Shown piece by piece: positions 27,068-36,472 of a stretch of DNA of 64,000 bases. Made by a program: the position numbers and the translations under genes. Source of the DNA: Azolla caroliniana (Eukaryota > Plantae > Polypodiophyta); NCBI GenBank assembly GCA_043228905.1, contig JBHGNT010000003.1, positions 8,060,001 to 8,124,000 on the forward strand, read 5' to 3'. Position 1 is the stretch's first letter. The number at the start of each line of letters is the position of its first letter. The notes under the pieces are model-generated. The model did no database searches. It saw only the letters and a list, made by a program, of their open reading frames with translations, and was not told the origin of the DNA.

Positions 27068-27108
27068 TGCGGTGAACGTGGATCGAACACGTGACCTTCA
27101 GATCTTCA
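27068..27108 (-). pseudogene. 3' part of a tRNA-Phe(GAA) gene split by the Ty3 insertion
   Basis: Identical to 37886-37926. Confidence 0.9.
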
Positions 27109-27344
27109 TGTTACCGTACGAGACGTACGGGTGATTGTTAAGTGTGATAAGTGCGGGTGAAAGATATATGTATGTGTAATGTCATACGATTATGAGTGTG
27201 AATGTAAGTGAGAGTGTGAGGGATATAAAGAGGTGTGAGTTTGTGACTAGGTGTGAATGGCCAAGGGTCTTGCACCCTTGTGTATCTACCCCTTTGTACC
27301 TATATTAACCCCTTATGGGGAATGAATGAAAAAAAAGAGGAATA

Positions 27345-27390
<46 letters not shown>

Positions 27391-27715
27391 ATAACGTTGA
27401 ACCCCTTGGGAGGGGGGTGGAGCCATTCTAGGCACCACCCCCCACCCCACAATGCTTCTCAATGCACATCGTAATCATGCTCTCAACCCCATAATGCTTA
27501 TCAATCTCGCCATCACATTGTTTCCATCTTCATCACTATCAATGTCATCATCAATCTCGCAATGCTAATCATTTCCATATTCGTATTATTAACAAACCCT
27601 AACCCTATTCCTATCTTTATCACCATAATCATTAACCCTAACCCTAAAACCATCAACACTATTTTGGCACGCCCGGTGGGACAGTACCTTGTACGTCGAA
27701 CCCTTCGCGGCCCCT

Positions 27716-30667
27716 TCATTGTTCACCCAAATTGTCCAAATTACTTTGTTCAAGAATTTCCACTTGTTCTTCCGGTTGTGGTTGTTGCGGCTGTGCTTGC
27801 TGCTGCTGCTGTGGTTGTGGTTGGGACTGAGGTTGCTCCGGCTGCTCTGCTTGCTGCTGCTGCTCCGTTTGTCTCTCTGGCTCCGGCATCTCCGTTTGAC
27901 TGCTTCCGGTCCGGTCTCCTTCCAGTAACGGTTCCTCATCACTGAGGTTGACCGTAACTGGTTCTCGTTCTTTCTCTCCCCGGATCCGGGACCTCTCGTA
28001 GCTTTCAAACTGGATCTGTGCCTCCAGCCTGTCGTCGTCCAGCTGAGCTACAAGTTGCCGGACTTGCTCTAATTGGTCTTCTGCCAAGGCTTGAAAGTCT
28101 TCGGCAAGCTCATCTCTTATGCCGGTGAAGTCTTCGGAAGTTAGCATATAGCAATCATCTCCCTCCTTCCGTCGGTTCTCTACGTCAGCCCGGAGCAATT
28201 GGAGTTCCGCCGCGTTCGTGGCCCACTTGGTCCACCATTTGACGGAGCCGTTGTCAATCAAGCTCTTGGTCTGGTTCAACCAGGCCCGCATTATATCTTG
28301 GATGCGACTTGCTCCCATTTGAGCTCTGCTTTCCACCACTTGTCGCTCCTCCTTCAACTGCTTGATGAGATTTGCCGTATCCTCCGCCTGCTCTCTGTAG
28401 CGCGTCAGCTGCCCTTGATATGTCGTTTGCAGCCTCTGCAGTACCTCCGCCGCTCTTTCTTTTTCCGCCTGCTGTTGCCTGAGGAGCTCTGTCCGAACCT
28501 TCTCCGCCTCTTCCAACCGTCTTCTGTTTTCCGCTTGTTCCTTGGCGAATGCGGTTGCGGTCCGATCAACTGCTTGCCGGAGCTCATCCGTCCGTTCCTT
28601 GTGCTCCGTTTGCAACCGTTTATACTCCCGGTGCAATTGCTCAAATTCCTCCGTTTTTTGCTTGAGCTTGCCGTTGATCTGGCGATGGTTCCGGTCCTCC
28701 CGGTCCTTTACCTGCCGGAGTTCCTCTTTCAGGCGCTCTACTTCTGTTTCGGCGTTCCTCCGGAGCTTGTCCTTCTCTTGCAGCATTTTCTCCTTTTCCT
28801 CCTTGAGCCGGTCGTAAGCTTGGTGGCCTTTCCGTAAGCTCTCCTCGGCCCGGCGTAGATTCTCAGCAGTCTTTTTGAGTTCTGCCTCCGCTGCCGTCTT
28901 CAATTCTCTTTCGCGGCTCCTCAGCGCTTCTTGGGCAGCAAGCTCATCCTTTAAATCCGCAAGCTCTTGGGCTTGCGCCGCATTTCTCTCCGGAACGGTT
29001 TCCGTTGCCGGGGTCTGATTGCTATGTACAGGTTGATTTGATACTTTATTCTGTACATTGCCCGGAGTCACCGGTGCTTGGACTTGTGTTTCCCTTGTGA
29101 CCCTGTCCAAGTCTTCTTCAAGGCTCCGGATTCTGGACCGGGCCGTCTCTAGATCTACGGTTGTGACGAGCAACCGTTCCTGGTGCGTTCTCTCTTCCGC
29201 CTCTATATACTCGACCACTCCGGCGATTTGCTCGCCTACCCACCGTAGCCACATGCTACTGGTGCCCTGTTGCTGTACTGGTCGAGTCGCCTCATTCACC
29301 GTGGAATTGTCTGGCCTGATTGCCTGCATATGCCGTTCTGGTTCTACTCCTTGGCCGCCGTGTGCTCTGGCTGGGCTCGCCGGCAGTTGAGTTCCGGTTC
29401 TCGCCGTCTCCGGAGCCGTTGGACTGACTTCTTCTATAGAAGTCGACAAGACCGGTTCCCTACGTACCGGTTCCGGTTCTTCCCTTGTGGTTTGCTCAGG
29501 TTGAGTTGGGGGCGTCTCTGCCTCTCGCGGGTACGACCGCTCCCCTCCTGTCTCGGCGGTCCTACTTCTTGACCGTCGTTGAAGGTGCTCTTCTGGCTCC
29601 TCCGTTTCCTCTTCCTGTGTCACGGCATGTTTCTGTGCCGTCAAGGGTTCCGGTTCCTTCTGTCCTGGTCTCCGTAAGGTTATTTTCACGGGTCGGACCG
29701 GTGACACCTCCTCCGGTTCTGGGGCCCGTTTCTTCCCTTTCGTCGCCTTCAACGCCAGCAGCTGCTGTCGTTTGGACGCCGGCTTCGAGGTGCTTCCTTC
29801 CGATACTCTTGGCCGCTTCTTTGGCTGGACGGTCTCGACCGGCGGCACGAGCAATGTTATCCATTGAGCTACGGCGTGCCACAGCTTCCGGCCCTCCTTG
29901 CCGTCCTTCCCTCGTACCATGTCGATTGCCATGCACAACCCGTCTGCAATCAACACCGGCCAGTCCACCTTGACCCCTTCATATGTGGCTATGATCATCC
30001 CTGCCCGATTTTTTGGCATGACAGGGGGTCGGGGGTACACGTGACCGTACTCATGCAGCACTCGAGCTATCTCCCTGAATAGCGGATCTTCGCCGCCCTG
30101 CGTCCGATAGCCTTTGCCGGCAACAGAGTACTCACCGAAATATCGGGTGAGTTGCTCCGAGGTTGGGTTATCGATCTGAAAGATTCCTCCCTCCGGAAGG
30201 CCTGTTAGCGCGCGGATCGCTTCCTCGGTGATGACCTCTGTGGCGAGCTCCTTGATGACCCGGTCTGCTTCTCTGTGCGGCGGTGCCTCCATGATGGCCA
30301 AGAACCCCTCCAGTCCGTTTTGCCTGAACCATTTCCTGGCCGCCTCCGACAGCGTTTGCGGTTCCATGTCTGCTTCAAGGTCGATGGAAGATGGCGAGGT
30401 AGAGTGGTGATGAGGGTGAGAGCGAGAAAGAGAGCGTTCTGAGCGCGGGGGTTCTCTGCGTGCAGGTTCGCGTTTGCTCAGCTTCCACTGCCTTGGTGCT
30501 TCTGTGCTTCTTGGCTCGCGAAAAAAGAAGGTCTCCATGCGCTCCTCTTTTTCTCTGTGCGTCTTGGCGCCTTTTTTCGAGCATGCGCACGTCGTGTACC
30601 GATTTAGTATTAAGTATGTGGCGGCTCTTAAATGCCCACTACGTACCTTTTCGCGCCTTGCTTTCAC
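27716..30667 (-). CDS. Extra ORF (ORF2) downstream of pol: long coiled-coil protein, 983 aa as called (ATG at 30538 may be the real start)
   Basis: Uninterrupted ORF, E/Q/R/K-rich helical C-terminal half. A homolog lies at 57425-58200 (WW.KWA..A.ELQLL). Confidence 0.8.
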   Translation of the reverse strand: MKARREKVRSGHLRAATYLILNRYTTCACSKKGAKTHREKEERMETFFFREPRSTEAPRQWKLSKREPARREPPRSERSLSRSHPHHHSTSPSSIDLEADMEPQTLSEAARKWFRQNGLEGFLAIMEAPPHREADRVIKELATEVITEEAIRALTGLPEGGIFQIDNPTSEQLTRYFGEYSVAGKGYRTQGGEDPLFREIARVLHEYGHVYPRPPVMPKNRAGMIIATYEGVKVDWPVLIADGLCMAIDMVRGKDGKEGRKLWHAVAQWITLLVPPVETVQPKKRPRVSEGSTSKPASKRQQLLALKATKGKKRAPEPEEVSPVRPVKITLRRPGQKEPEPLTAQKHAVTQEEETEEPEEHLQRRSRSRTAETGGERSYPREAETPPTQPEQTTREEPEPVRREPVLSTSIEEVSPTAPETARTGTQLPASPARAHGGQGVEPERHMQAIRPDNSTVNEATRPVQQQGTSSMWLRWVGEQIAGVVEYIEAEERTHQERLLVTTVDLETARSRIRSLEEDLDRVTRETQVQAPVTPGNVQNKVSNQPVHSNQTPATETVPERNAAQAQELADLKDELAAQEALRSRERELKTAAEAELKKTAENLRRAEESLRKGHQAYDRLKEEKEKMLQEKDKLRRNAETEVERLKEELRQVKDREDRNHRQINGKLKQKTEEFEQLHREYKRLQTEHKERTDELRQAVDRTATAFAKEQAENRRRLEEAEKVRTELLRQQQAEKERAAEVLQRLQTTYQGQLTRYREQAEDTANLIKQLKEERQVVESRAQMGASRIQDIMRAWLNQTKSLIDNGSVKWWTKWATNAAELQLLRADVENRRKEGDDCYMLTSEDFTGIRDELAEDFQALAEDQLEQVRQLVAQLDDDRLEAQIQFESYERSRIRGEKEREPVTVNLSDEEPLLEGDRTGSSQTEMPEPERQTEQQQQAEQPEQPQSQPQPQQQQQAQPQQPQPEEQVEILEQSNLDNLGEQ

Positions 30668-30690
30668 ACCCGTTCATACCTCGATTTTTA

Positions 30691-30734
<44 letters not shown>

Positions 30735-30755
30735 ATTTACTGACGGTGTGTGACC

Positions 30756-33700
30756 TTACACATCCGTAGGTCCCTTCGGACCCTGACCGTTTTCCTTACG
30801 GGTTGCCGTGTCTTCCTTCGTCTCTGCTACGGGTTCCCCGTCGTCTTTTTCTTCCGGATCGATCCGTACCGATCCCGGACAGGTTCCTGGTGTAGTGTCG
30901 GTGCGCTGCATAAACGGGTTCTTTGGCATCGGTCCTTTATAGGGCTTTAGTCGAAATCCGTTCACCCACTTGCCTAGTACTTCACCGGCAAGTGTCCCTA
31001 TCTGATAGGACCCGTTGTATTCCCGTGTCAGCCAATACGGGCCTGTCCATCTGAACCGGAGTTTACCCGGCATTTTGCCCATCCTCGTTTGGAAGACTAG
31101 AACCGGCTTTCCGATTTCGAACATCTTTTCGTTACCTTTCCGGTGACGATCAACGAACGCTTTCCGTCGTCGTTGCTCCAGTTCCATGTGGAGGATGCTG
31201 GCCAGCCGTTGCTCCTCCAGTTCGCATAGTGCTGCTAGCCGCATTTCCTCCGACTTCTTTTCATTCAGCCGTTCCCGTAGTTGGATCCGTAAGCTTGGTA
31301 CCTGAAACTCGACCGGCATGACCGCTTCTAAGTCGAATGCTAACCGGAACGGTGTTGTCCGGATACTTGTTTTGTATGCCGTTCTGTACGCCCATAGCGC
31401 GCTATTGAGCTTTGTATCCCAGTCCGTCCGGTTTTCGTTGACGATTTTGCGGAGAATGTTCTGCAGCGTTTTGTTGGTGGATTCCGCTAACCCGTTCGCC
31501 TGTGGGTAGTACGGTGTGCTCCGTTTATGAACCACGGCATAGAACGTTGTTAAGCTTTCCACTACCTGGCCGAGGAAATGCCCTCCTTGGTCGCTGATCA
31601 GTTCAATCGGACATCCATATCGGCACCAAATGTTTTCGTACAGGAATTTTGCTGTGGATGCCGCGGTGTTGTCTCTCAGGGCCTTCGCTTCCACCCATTT
31701 AGTGCAATAATCCGTTGCCACGATGACATAACGATTACCCGTTCTCATTGCCGGTGGCTTGAACGGTCCGACAAAATCCAACCCCCACTTCTGGAATGGC
31801 TCTAGTGGAAGTACCGGTTGGTGTGGCATCCGTGCTTGCTCCGTAGGCTGGCCCATTCGTTGGCATAGGTCACATTCCTTAGCATACTTGACGGCATCTT
31901 TTAGCGTCGTGGGCCACCATAAGCCGCTCTGCCAAACCTTTCTTGCCGTCGCTTCCCCGGCGTAGTGTCCTCCGGCAACCCCACAGTGTGCTTCCCGTAA
32001 GATTACTTCTTTCTCGTCACTACGGACTACCCGTCTCCATATTCCATCTGCTCCTTTGTGGTAGAGAGTGTCCCGTAACAGACAGAAATTGCGGCTCTGC
32101 ACCGCCAGTCGTTTCCTCTCGTCCCGGTTCATTTCCTCCGGTGGCAGGCCCGTGCTTAGGAACTGGTGCATGCTTGTCAGCCATTTATCTTCTGATGCCA
32201 CCGTGTCGTCCGCTGCCGTTTCCGGGGTGATACGGAATAACTCCGCGTCCGGAAATTCATCCGCTACTCCGTCGCCTGGTTCTCCGGACTCTAACCGGCT
32301 CAGGTAGTCTGCTACGGCATGCTGGATACCGGGCCGGTGGAAAATCTCGAATTCGAACTCCTGCAACAGTAAGGTCCAACGGGCCAACTTACCGGTCAGG
32401 GACGCCTTGGAAACTAAGTAGAGGAGCGCCGAGTGATCCACATGGAAGGAGAACTTCCTTCCCAATAGGTAGTGACGAAACTTTGTTACACTGTAGATCA
32501 TGCCCAGAGCCTCCCGTTCCGTCGTTGAATAGTTCTTCTCCGCTTGGGACAGCTTCCGGCTGGCGTAATATACCGGCCGGTACCATTTGGGCTCCGTAAG
32601 CTGCATTAAAGCGCTGCCAATAGCGATGTCGGACGCGTCCACGAACACGTGAAATTCCTTGCTCCAATCCGGAGGCTGCACGACGGGTGCTTGCGATAAA
32701 AGAACCTTCAGGGCATTGTATGCCTTATCCTCCGTATCCGTCCATTGGAACGGTGTCCGATGTACCGCGGTGTGTAATGGTGTCGCCAAGTCCGCCAAGT
32801 GACGGAGCATCCGGCTGTGCCACCGGATTTGTCCTAGGAATCGGCTTAGTGCTTTGGCCGTTTTCGGCGCCGGTGCCCCTAGTATGGCGTTTACTTTGTC
32901 CGGGTCGACCGCAATGCCCTCCTTACTTACGATGTGTCCCAGCAATATTCCACTTGAAACCCCAAAGATGCATTTCGCTGGATTTAAGCTTAGCCGGTAT
33001 AGCCTACACTTTTCAAGGCATAACCGGAGGTGCTGCAAATGGTCTTTTCCCCGGCTATAGACTGCAAAATCATCCAGGAAAACTTGCATGAAGGCAGGAA
33101 TGTAATCGCCGAAGATCTCCATGATGATTCGCTGGAACGTTGCTGGTGCCGTTTTTAGGCCGAACATCATGACTTCGGCCACAAACACCCCCCATTCGGT
33201 GACGAACGCTGTCTTCTCCTGGTCGTCGGGGTGCATCCGGATTTGATTGTAACCGCTGAACCCGTCTAGAAAGCTATAAACTTCATGGCCGGCGACGGCA
33301 TCCAGTACTCCGTCCGTGAACGGAAGAGGGAATGCATCCGTAATTGTGGCGGCATTTAGTTTCCTGTAATCTACACACACACGGATTTTACCGTTCTTCT
33401 TGGGGACGACGACGATGGGGCTTAGCCACGTCGCTTTCTTTACTGGCCGGATGAAGCCCACTCTTAGGAGTTTGTCGATTTCCTCCTTCACTTTGGCGGC
33501 GTAGTTGGGGTTCATTCGGTATCGTCTTTGCGCCACTGGTTTCGCGTCCTTGCCTAAGTGGATCTGATGCTGATATAATTGAGGGTCCAGCCCTCGCATG
33601 TCCTCGTATGACCAGGCGAATACGTCGCGAAACTCCGTGAGAAGTTTGATCATCGCCGCTTTATCTTCCGGCTTCATTTCTTTGGCGATGTGAACCGGCT

Positions 33701-34094
33701 TTGATTCGTCCTTGCTTCCTAGGTTCACTTCGTCGAGCTGGGATGCTTTTACCCGTTGGGAAACGGCCATTTCCCGTTCCAATGCTTCCTGTGCTTGCCG
33801 TAATTCCCGAATCGCATCTTTGTCTGGTTCGGCTTCGGTGTCGTCCCGCTGCGGCAAGTATGCGGCTACGGCTTCAGCTATGTCGATCTCGAAGAGTGGT
33901 ACGATCTTCGGATGTTCCTCCAAGTACTGGGCTTCGTCGTCGTCTGCCAATCCTTCAAGCATGTTCACACATTCCGCGTACAGCGGTGTGCATTCCTTAC
34001 CGTTGCTCGTCCGTGGTTGTGTCGGAACCCGGACCTTGGCTTTTCCGCGCCGGAAGGTAATCATATTTTTCCGCCAATGCCGGAAGGTAATCAT
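30756..34094 (-). CDS. Ty3/gypsy pol (RT-RNase H-integrase), N-terminally truncated after the protease
   Basis: RVCVDYRKLN, FLDGFSGYNQI, FLDD, DASDIAIG..YYASR..NYSTTEREAL, DHSALL, H-H-C-C zinc finger, WGLDFVGP, SDQG and NGLAES. No chromodomain. Confidence 0.97.
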   Translation of the reverse strand: MITFRHWRKNMITFRRGKAKVRVPTQPRTSNGKECTPLYAECVNMLEGLADDDEAQYLEEHPKIVPLFEIDIAEAVAAYLPQRDDTEAEPDKDAIRELRQAQEALEREMAVSQRVKASQLDEVNLGSKDESKPVHIAKEMKPEDKAAMIKLLTEFRDVFAWSYEDMRGLDPQLYQHQIHLGKDAKPVAQRRYRMNPNYAAKVKEEIDKLLRVGFIRPVKKATWLSPIVVVPKKNGKIRVCVDYRKLNAATITDAFPLPFTDGVLDAVAGHEVYSFLDGFSGYNQIRMHPDDQEKTAFVTEWGVFVAEVMMFGLKTAPATFQRIIMEIFGDYIPAFMQVFLDDFAVYSRGKDHLQHLRLCLEKCRLYRLSLNPAKCIFGVSSGILLGHIVSKEGIAVDPDKVNAILGAPAPKTAKALSRFLGQIRWHSRMLRHLADLATPLHTAVHRTPFQWTDTEDKAYNALKVLLSQAPVVQPPDWSKEFHVFVDASDIAIGSALMQLTEPKWYRPVYYASRKLSQAEKNYSTTEREALGMIYSVTKFRHYLLGRKFSFHVDHSALLYLVSKASLTGKLARWTLLLQEFEFEIFHRPGIQHAVADYLSRLESGEPGDGVADEFPDAELFRITPETAADDTVASEDKWLTSMHQFLSTGLPPEEMNRDERKRLAVQSRNFCLLRDTLYHKGADGIWRRVVRSDEKEVILREAHCGVAGGHYAGEATARKVWQSGLWWPTTLKDAVKYAKECDLCQRMGQPTEQARMPHQPVLPLEPFQKWGLDFVGPFKPPAMRTGNRYVIVATDYCTKWVEAKALRDNTAASTAKFLYENIWCRYGCPIELISDQGGHFLGQVVESLTTFYAVVHKRSTPYYPQANGLAESTNKTLQNILRKIVNENRTDWDTKLNSALWAYRTAYKTSIRTTPFRLAFDLEAVMPVEFQVPSLRIQLRERLNEKKSEEMRLAALCELEEQRLASILHMELEQRRRKAFVDRHRKGNEKMFEIGKPVLVFQTRMGKMPGKLRFRWTGPYWLTREYNGSYQIGTLAGEVLGKWVNGFRLKPYKGPMPKNPFMQRTDTTPGTCPGSVRIDPEEKDDGEPVAETKEDTATRKENGQGPKGPTDV

Positions 34095-34107
34095 ATTTTT
34101 CCGCCGG

Positions 34108-34162
34108 AAGGCACTTGACTTCTAATCAAGGGATTGTAGGTACTGTCCCACCGGGCGTGCCA
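34108..34162 (+). other. tRNA-Arg(UCU)-like sequence (D-stem 3' side to CCA) inside the element, in place of a PPT
   Basis: AAGGC-A-CTTGA-CT-TCT-AA-TCAAG-GGATT-GTAGG-TACTGT-CCCAC-CGGGCGT-G-CCA: perfect 5-bp anticodon stem, TCT anticodon, encoded CCA. Confidence 0.8.
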
Positions 34163-34403
34163 TATTGTGTTACCGTACGAGACGTACGGGTGATTGTTAA
34201 GTGTGATAAGTGCGGGTGAAAGATATATGTATGTGTAATGTCATACGATTATGAGTGTGAATGTAAGTGAGAGTGTGAGGGATATAAAGAGGTGTGAGTT
34301 TGTGACTAGGTGTGAATGGCCAAGGGTCTTGCACCCTTGTGTATCTACCCCTTTGTACCTATATTAACCCCTTATGGGGAATGAATGAAAAAAAAGAGGA
34401 ATA

Positions 34404-34445
<42 letters not shown>

Positions 34446-34713
34446 ATAACGTTGAACCCCTTGGGAGGGGGGTGGAGCCATTCTAGGCACCACCCCCCAC
34501 CCCACAATGCTTCTCAATGCACATCGTAATCATGCTCTCAACCCCATAATGCTTATCAATCTCGCCATCACATTGTTTCCATCTTCATCACTATCAATGT
34601 CATCATCAATCTCGCAATGCTAATCATTTCCATATTCGTATTATTAACAAACCCTAACCCTATTCCTATCTTTATCACCATAATCATTAACCCTAACCCT
34701 AAAACCATCAACA

Positions 34714-34753
<40 letters not shown>

Positions 34754-34758
34754 CCCGC
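34714..34758 (-). pseudogene. 5' part of the split tRNA-Phe(GAA) gene
   Basis: Identical to 37914-37958. The two parts sum to 41+45 = 73+13 bp. Confidence 0.9.
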
Positions 34759-35129
34759 AATGTGTTAAATTATACGACTTAATTCTAGTCTATTTCGATT
34801 TAGTCCCATACAAACTAAAACCATTGCTTATAAAAGTCTTCTCAAATTATTTTTTTGTTTCGATAAATGGTTCCTTAGTTGAAGACGATCTTCGTTTCAA
34901 TCATCTAAATTAGGAATTCCCATAATTTCACGCGTATGGACCTCAATTTACATATACGCGAACAACTTGATATTAAGACAAGGTGTACATATTCAGTTGA
35001 TATAATACAATTTCTCTTGAATATTGTGGTCAAATAATATGTTTGTTCAAAGTGTTTAGTGTCTATTGCGGTGAACGTGGATTGAACATGTGACCTTGTA
35101 AACATAGATCAGTTGAAAATATAAGATAG

Positions 35130-35850
35130 TCTCTAGGGAGGAAAGAATATGTAGGTTATGTCACATAGAGATAGAGGATGAGTACCACTTTACATGCAAG
35201 TGTCCAACCTATGCCGAGATAAGGGCAAAATACCAAGACATACTTGGTCCGTCTCCCACCCTCCCCAAACTATTAGATACTCTAGATATAAAGAAATTAG
35301 GCAAATACATTCTAGAGCTAAAACAACACAGAGAGAATAAATTACAAAATGTTGACAATAATGTTGCTAATGATCACGAACATGTAACAAATGCAGTTTT
35401 TCAGGAACCTGAGGAGACAACGAATGCCGACACACTTGCACCACTCGGCCTTTCCATTGATGAGGCAGAAAACCAGAGAAGAACCAGACGTCCTTAGGTG
35501 CCGGGTTTCAAAGCAACTCAACGTTATGTGGAAGCAATATTGAAAATAAGGGAACGTGAGCTACACCGCCTAGAAGCCATGGCTAGGGCACTCTCTACAT
35601 TGGAACCAACATCAAGACCCTTTGACCCCCCACTTCTTTTCGAGAGGCTTGGGTGGAAATAAATTTAGGCTTAGTGTATAGTCACTTTCGAGTATACTAC
35701 ATATTGTACACTACTAGAACTCTTTTAGTTTAAGTTCTATTTTTTTTTTACTTAATTTTATTTTTAGTTATGATGACTGGATAAATACTCTATTGTTGTA
35801 AACCAATTGTCTCATGGGCCAAATTTGGCCTTAGAAGACGTTAATACATT
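35130..35850 (+). mobile_element. LINE 3' fragment
   Basis: Encodes REERICRLCHIEIEDEYHFTCKCP-like sequence. The 3' end CCAAATTTGGCCTTAGA..GACGTTAAT is shared with 55380-55410. Confidence 0.8.
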
Positions 35851-36257
35851 ATATTTATATATTATATATTATATTTATATCCATACATATACGTGCAATT
35901 GTTTGTTTCATCTTCTTGAATCATGTTACATTGCGCATCTCGATCTTGCTTGCTACTTGTGTTGTTTGCTAGACTCACTGTCACGTCCTCAATCTCATTC
36001 CGCGACATCAACTTCGACATTCAACAGAATGGTTTGTTAGTTGATGACAATGTTCCTTTCAATCATGTAAATTAAGCATTACCATAATTTGATGGGTATG
36101 TACCTCAATTTTCAAATACGAGAACAACTCCATATTAACACAAGGTGTACATATTCATTTGATTTGTACAATTTATGTTGAATATTATGATCAAATAATA
36201 TGTTTGTTCAATGTGTTTAGTGTCTATTGTGGTGAATATGGATCAAACACGTGACCT

Positions 36258-36472
36258 TCAGATCTTCAGTTTGATGCTCTACCAACTAAGCTATCCCTAC
36301 ACAGATCTTCAGTTTGACGCTCTACCAACTAAGCTATCCCTACACAGATCTTCAATTTGACGCTCTACCAACTAAGCTATCCCTACACAGATCTTCAGTT
36401 TGACGCTCTACCAACTAAGCTATCCCTACACAGATCTTCAATTTGACGCTCTACCAACTAAGCTATCCCTAC
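36258..36472 (-). repeat. Five tandem 43-bp copies of a tRNA-Phe 5' half
   Basis: Unit ACAGATCTTCAGTTTGACGCTCTACCAACTAAGCTATCCCTAC at 36258, 36301, 36344, 36387 and 36430. Repeated again at ~38742-38956. Confidence 0.9.

Larger units (their letters stand above)
27109..34713. mobile_element. Young non-chromoviral Ty3/gypsy element: LTRs 27109-27658 and 34168-34713; lacks gag/protease; ORFs on the minus strand
   Basis: Both LTRs read TGTTACC...CATCAACA and look identical apart from 4 bp of (CT)n. Flanked by duplicated CTTCAGATCTTCA. Inverted 25-bp tRNA-Arg PBS repeats at 27665-27689 and 34138-34162. Confidence 0.95.

Noticed and set aside
27590-27650. CCCTAA motifs in the LTR as interstitial telomere
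   Set aside because: Only a few scattered motifs, which is common in plant LTRs and promoters.
28199-34125. Many plus-strand ORFs within the Ty3 element (and within 60249-63967)
   Set aside because: Antisense shadows of GC-rich coding sequence with no recognisable motifs.
36258-36472. 43-bp repeats as a CRISPR array
   Set aside because: No unique spacers, the units are tRNA-Phe halves, the context is eukaryotic and there are no cas genes.
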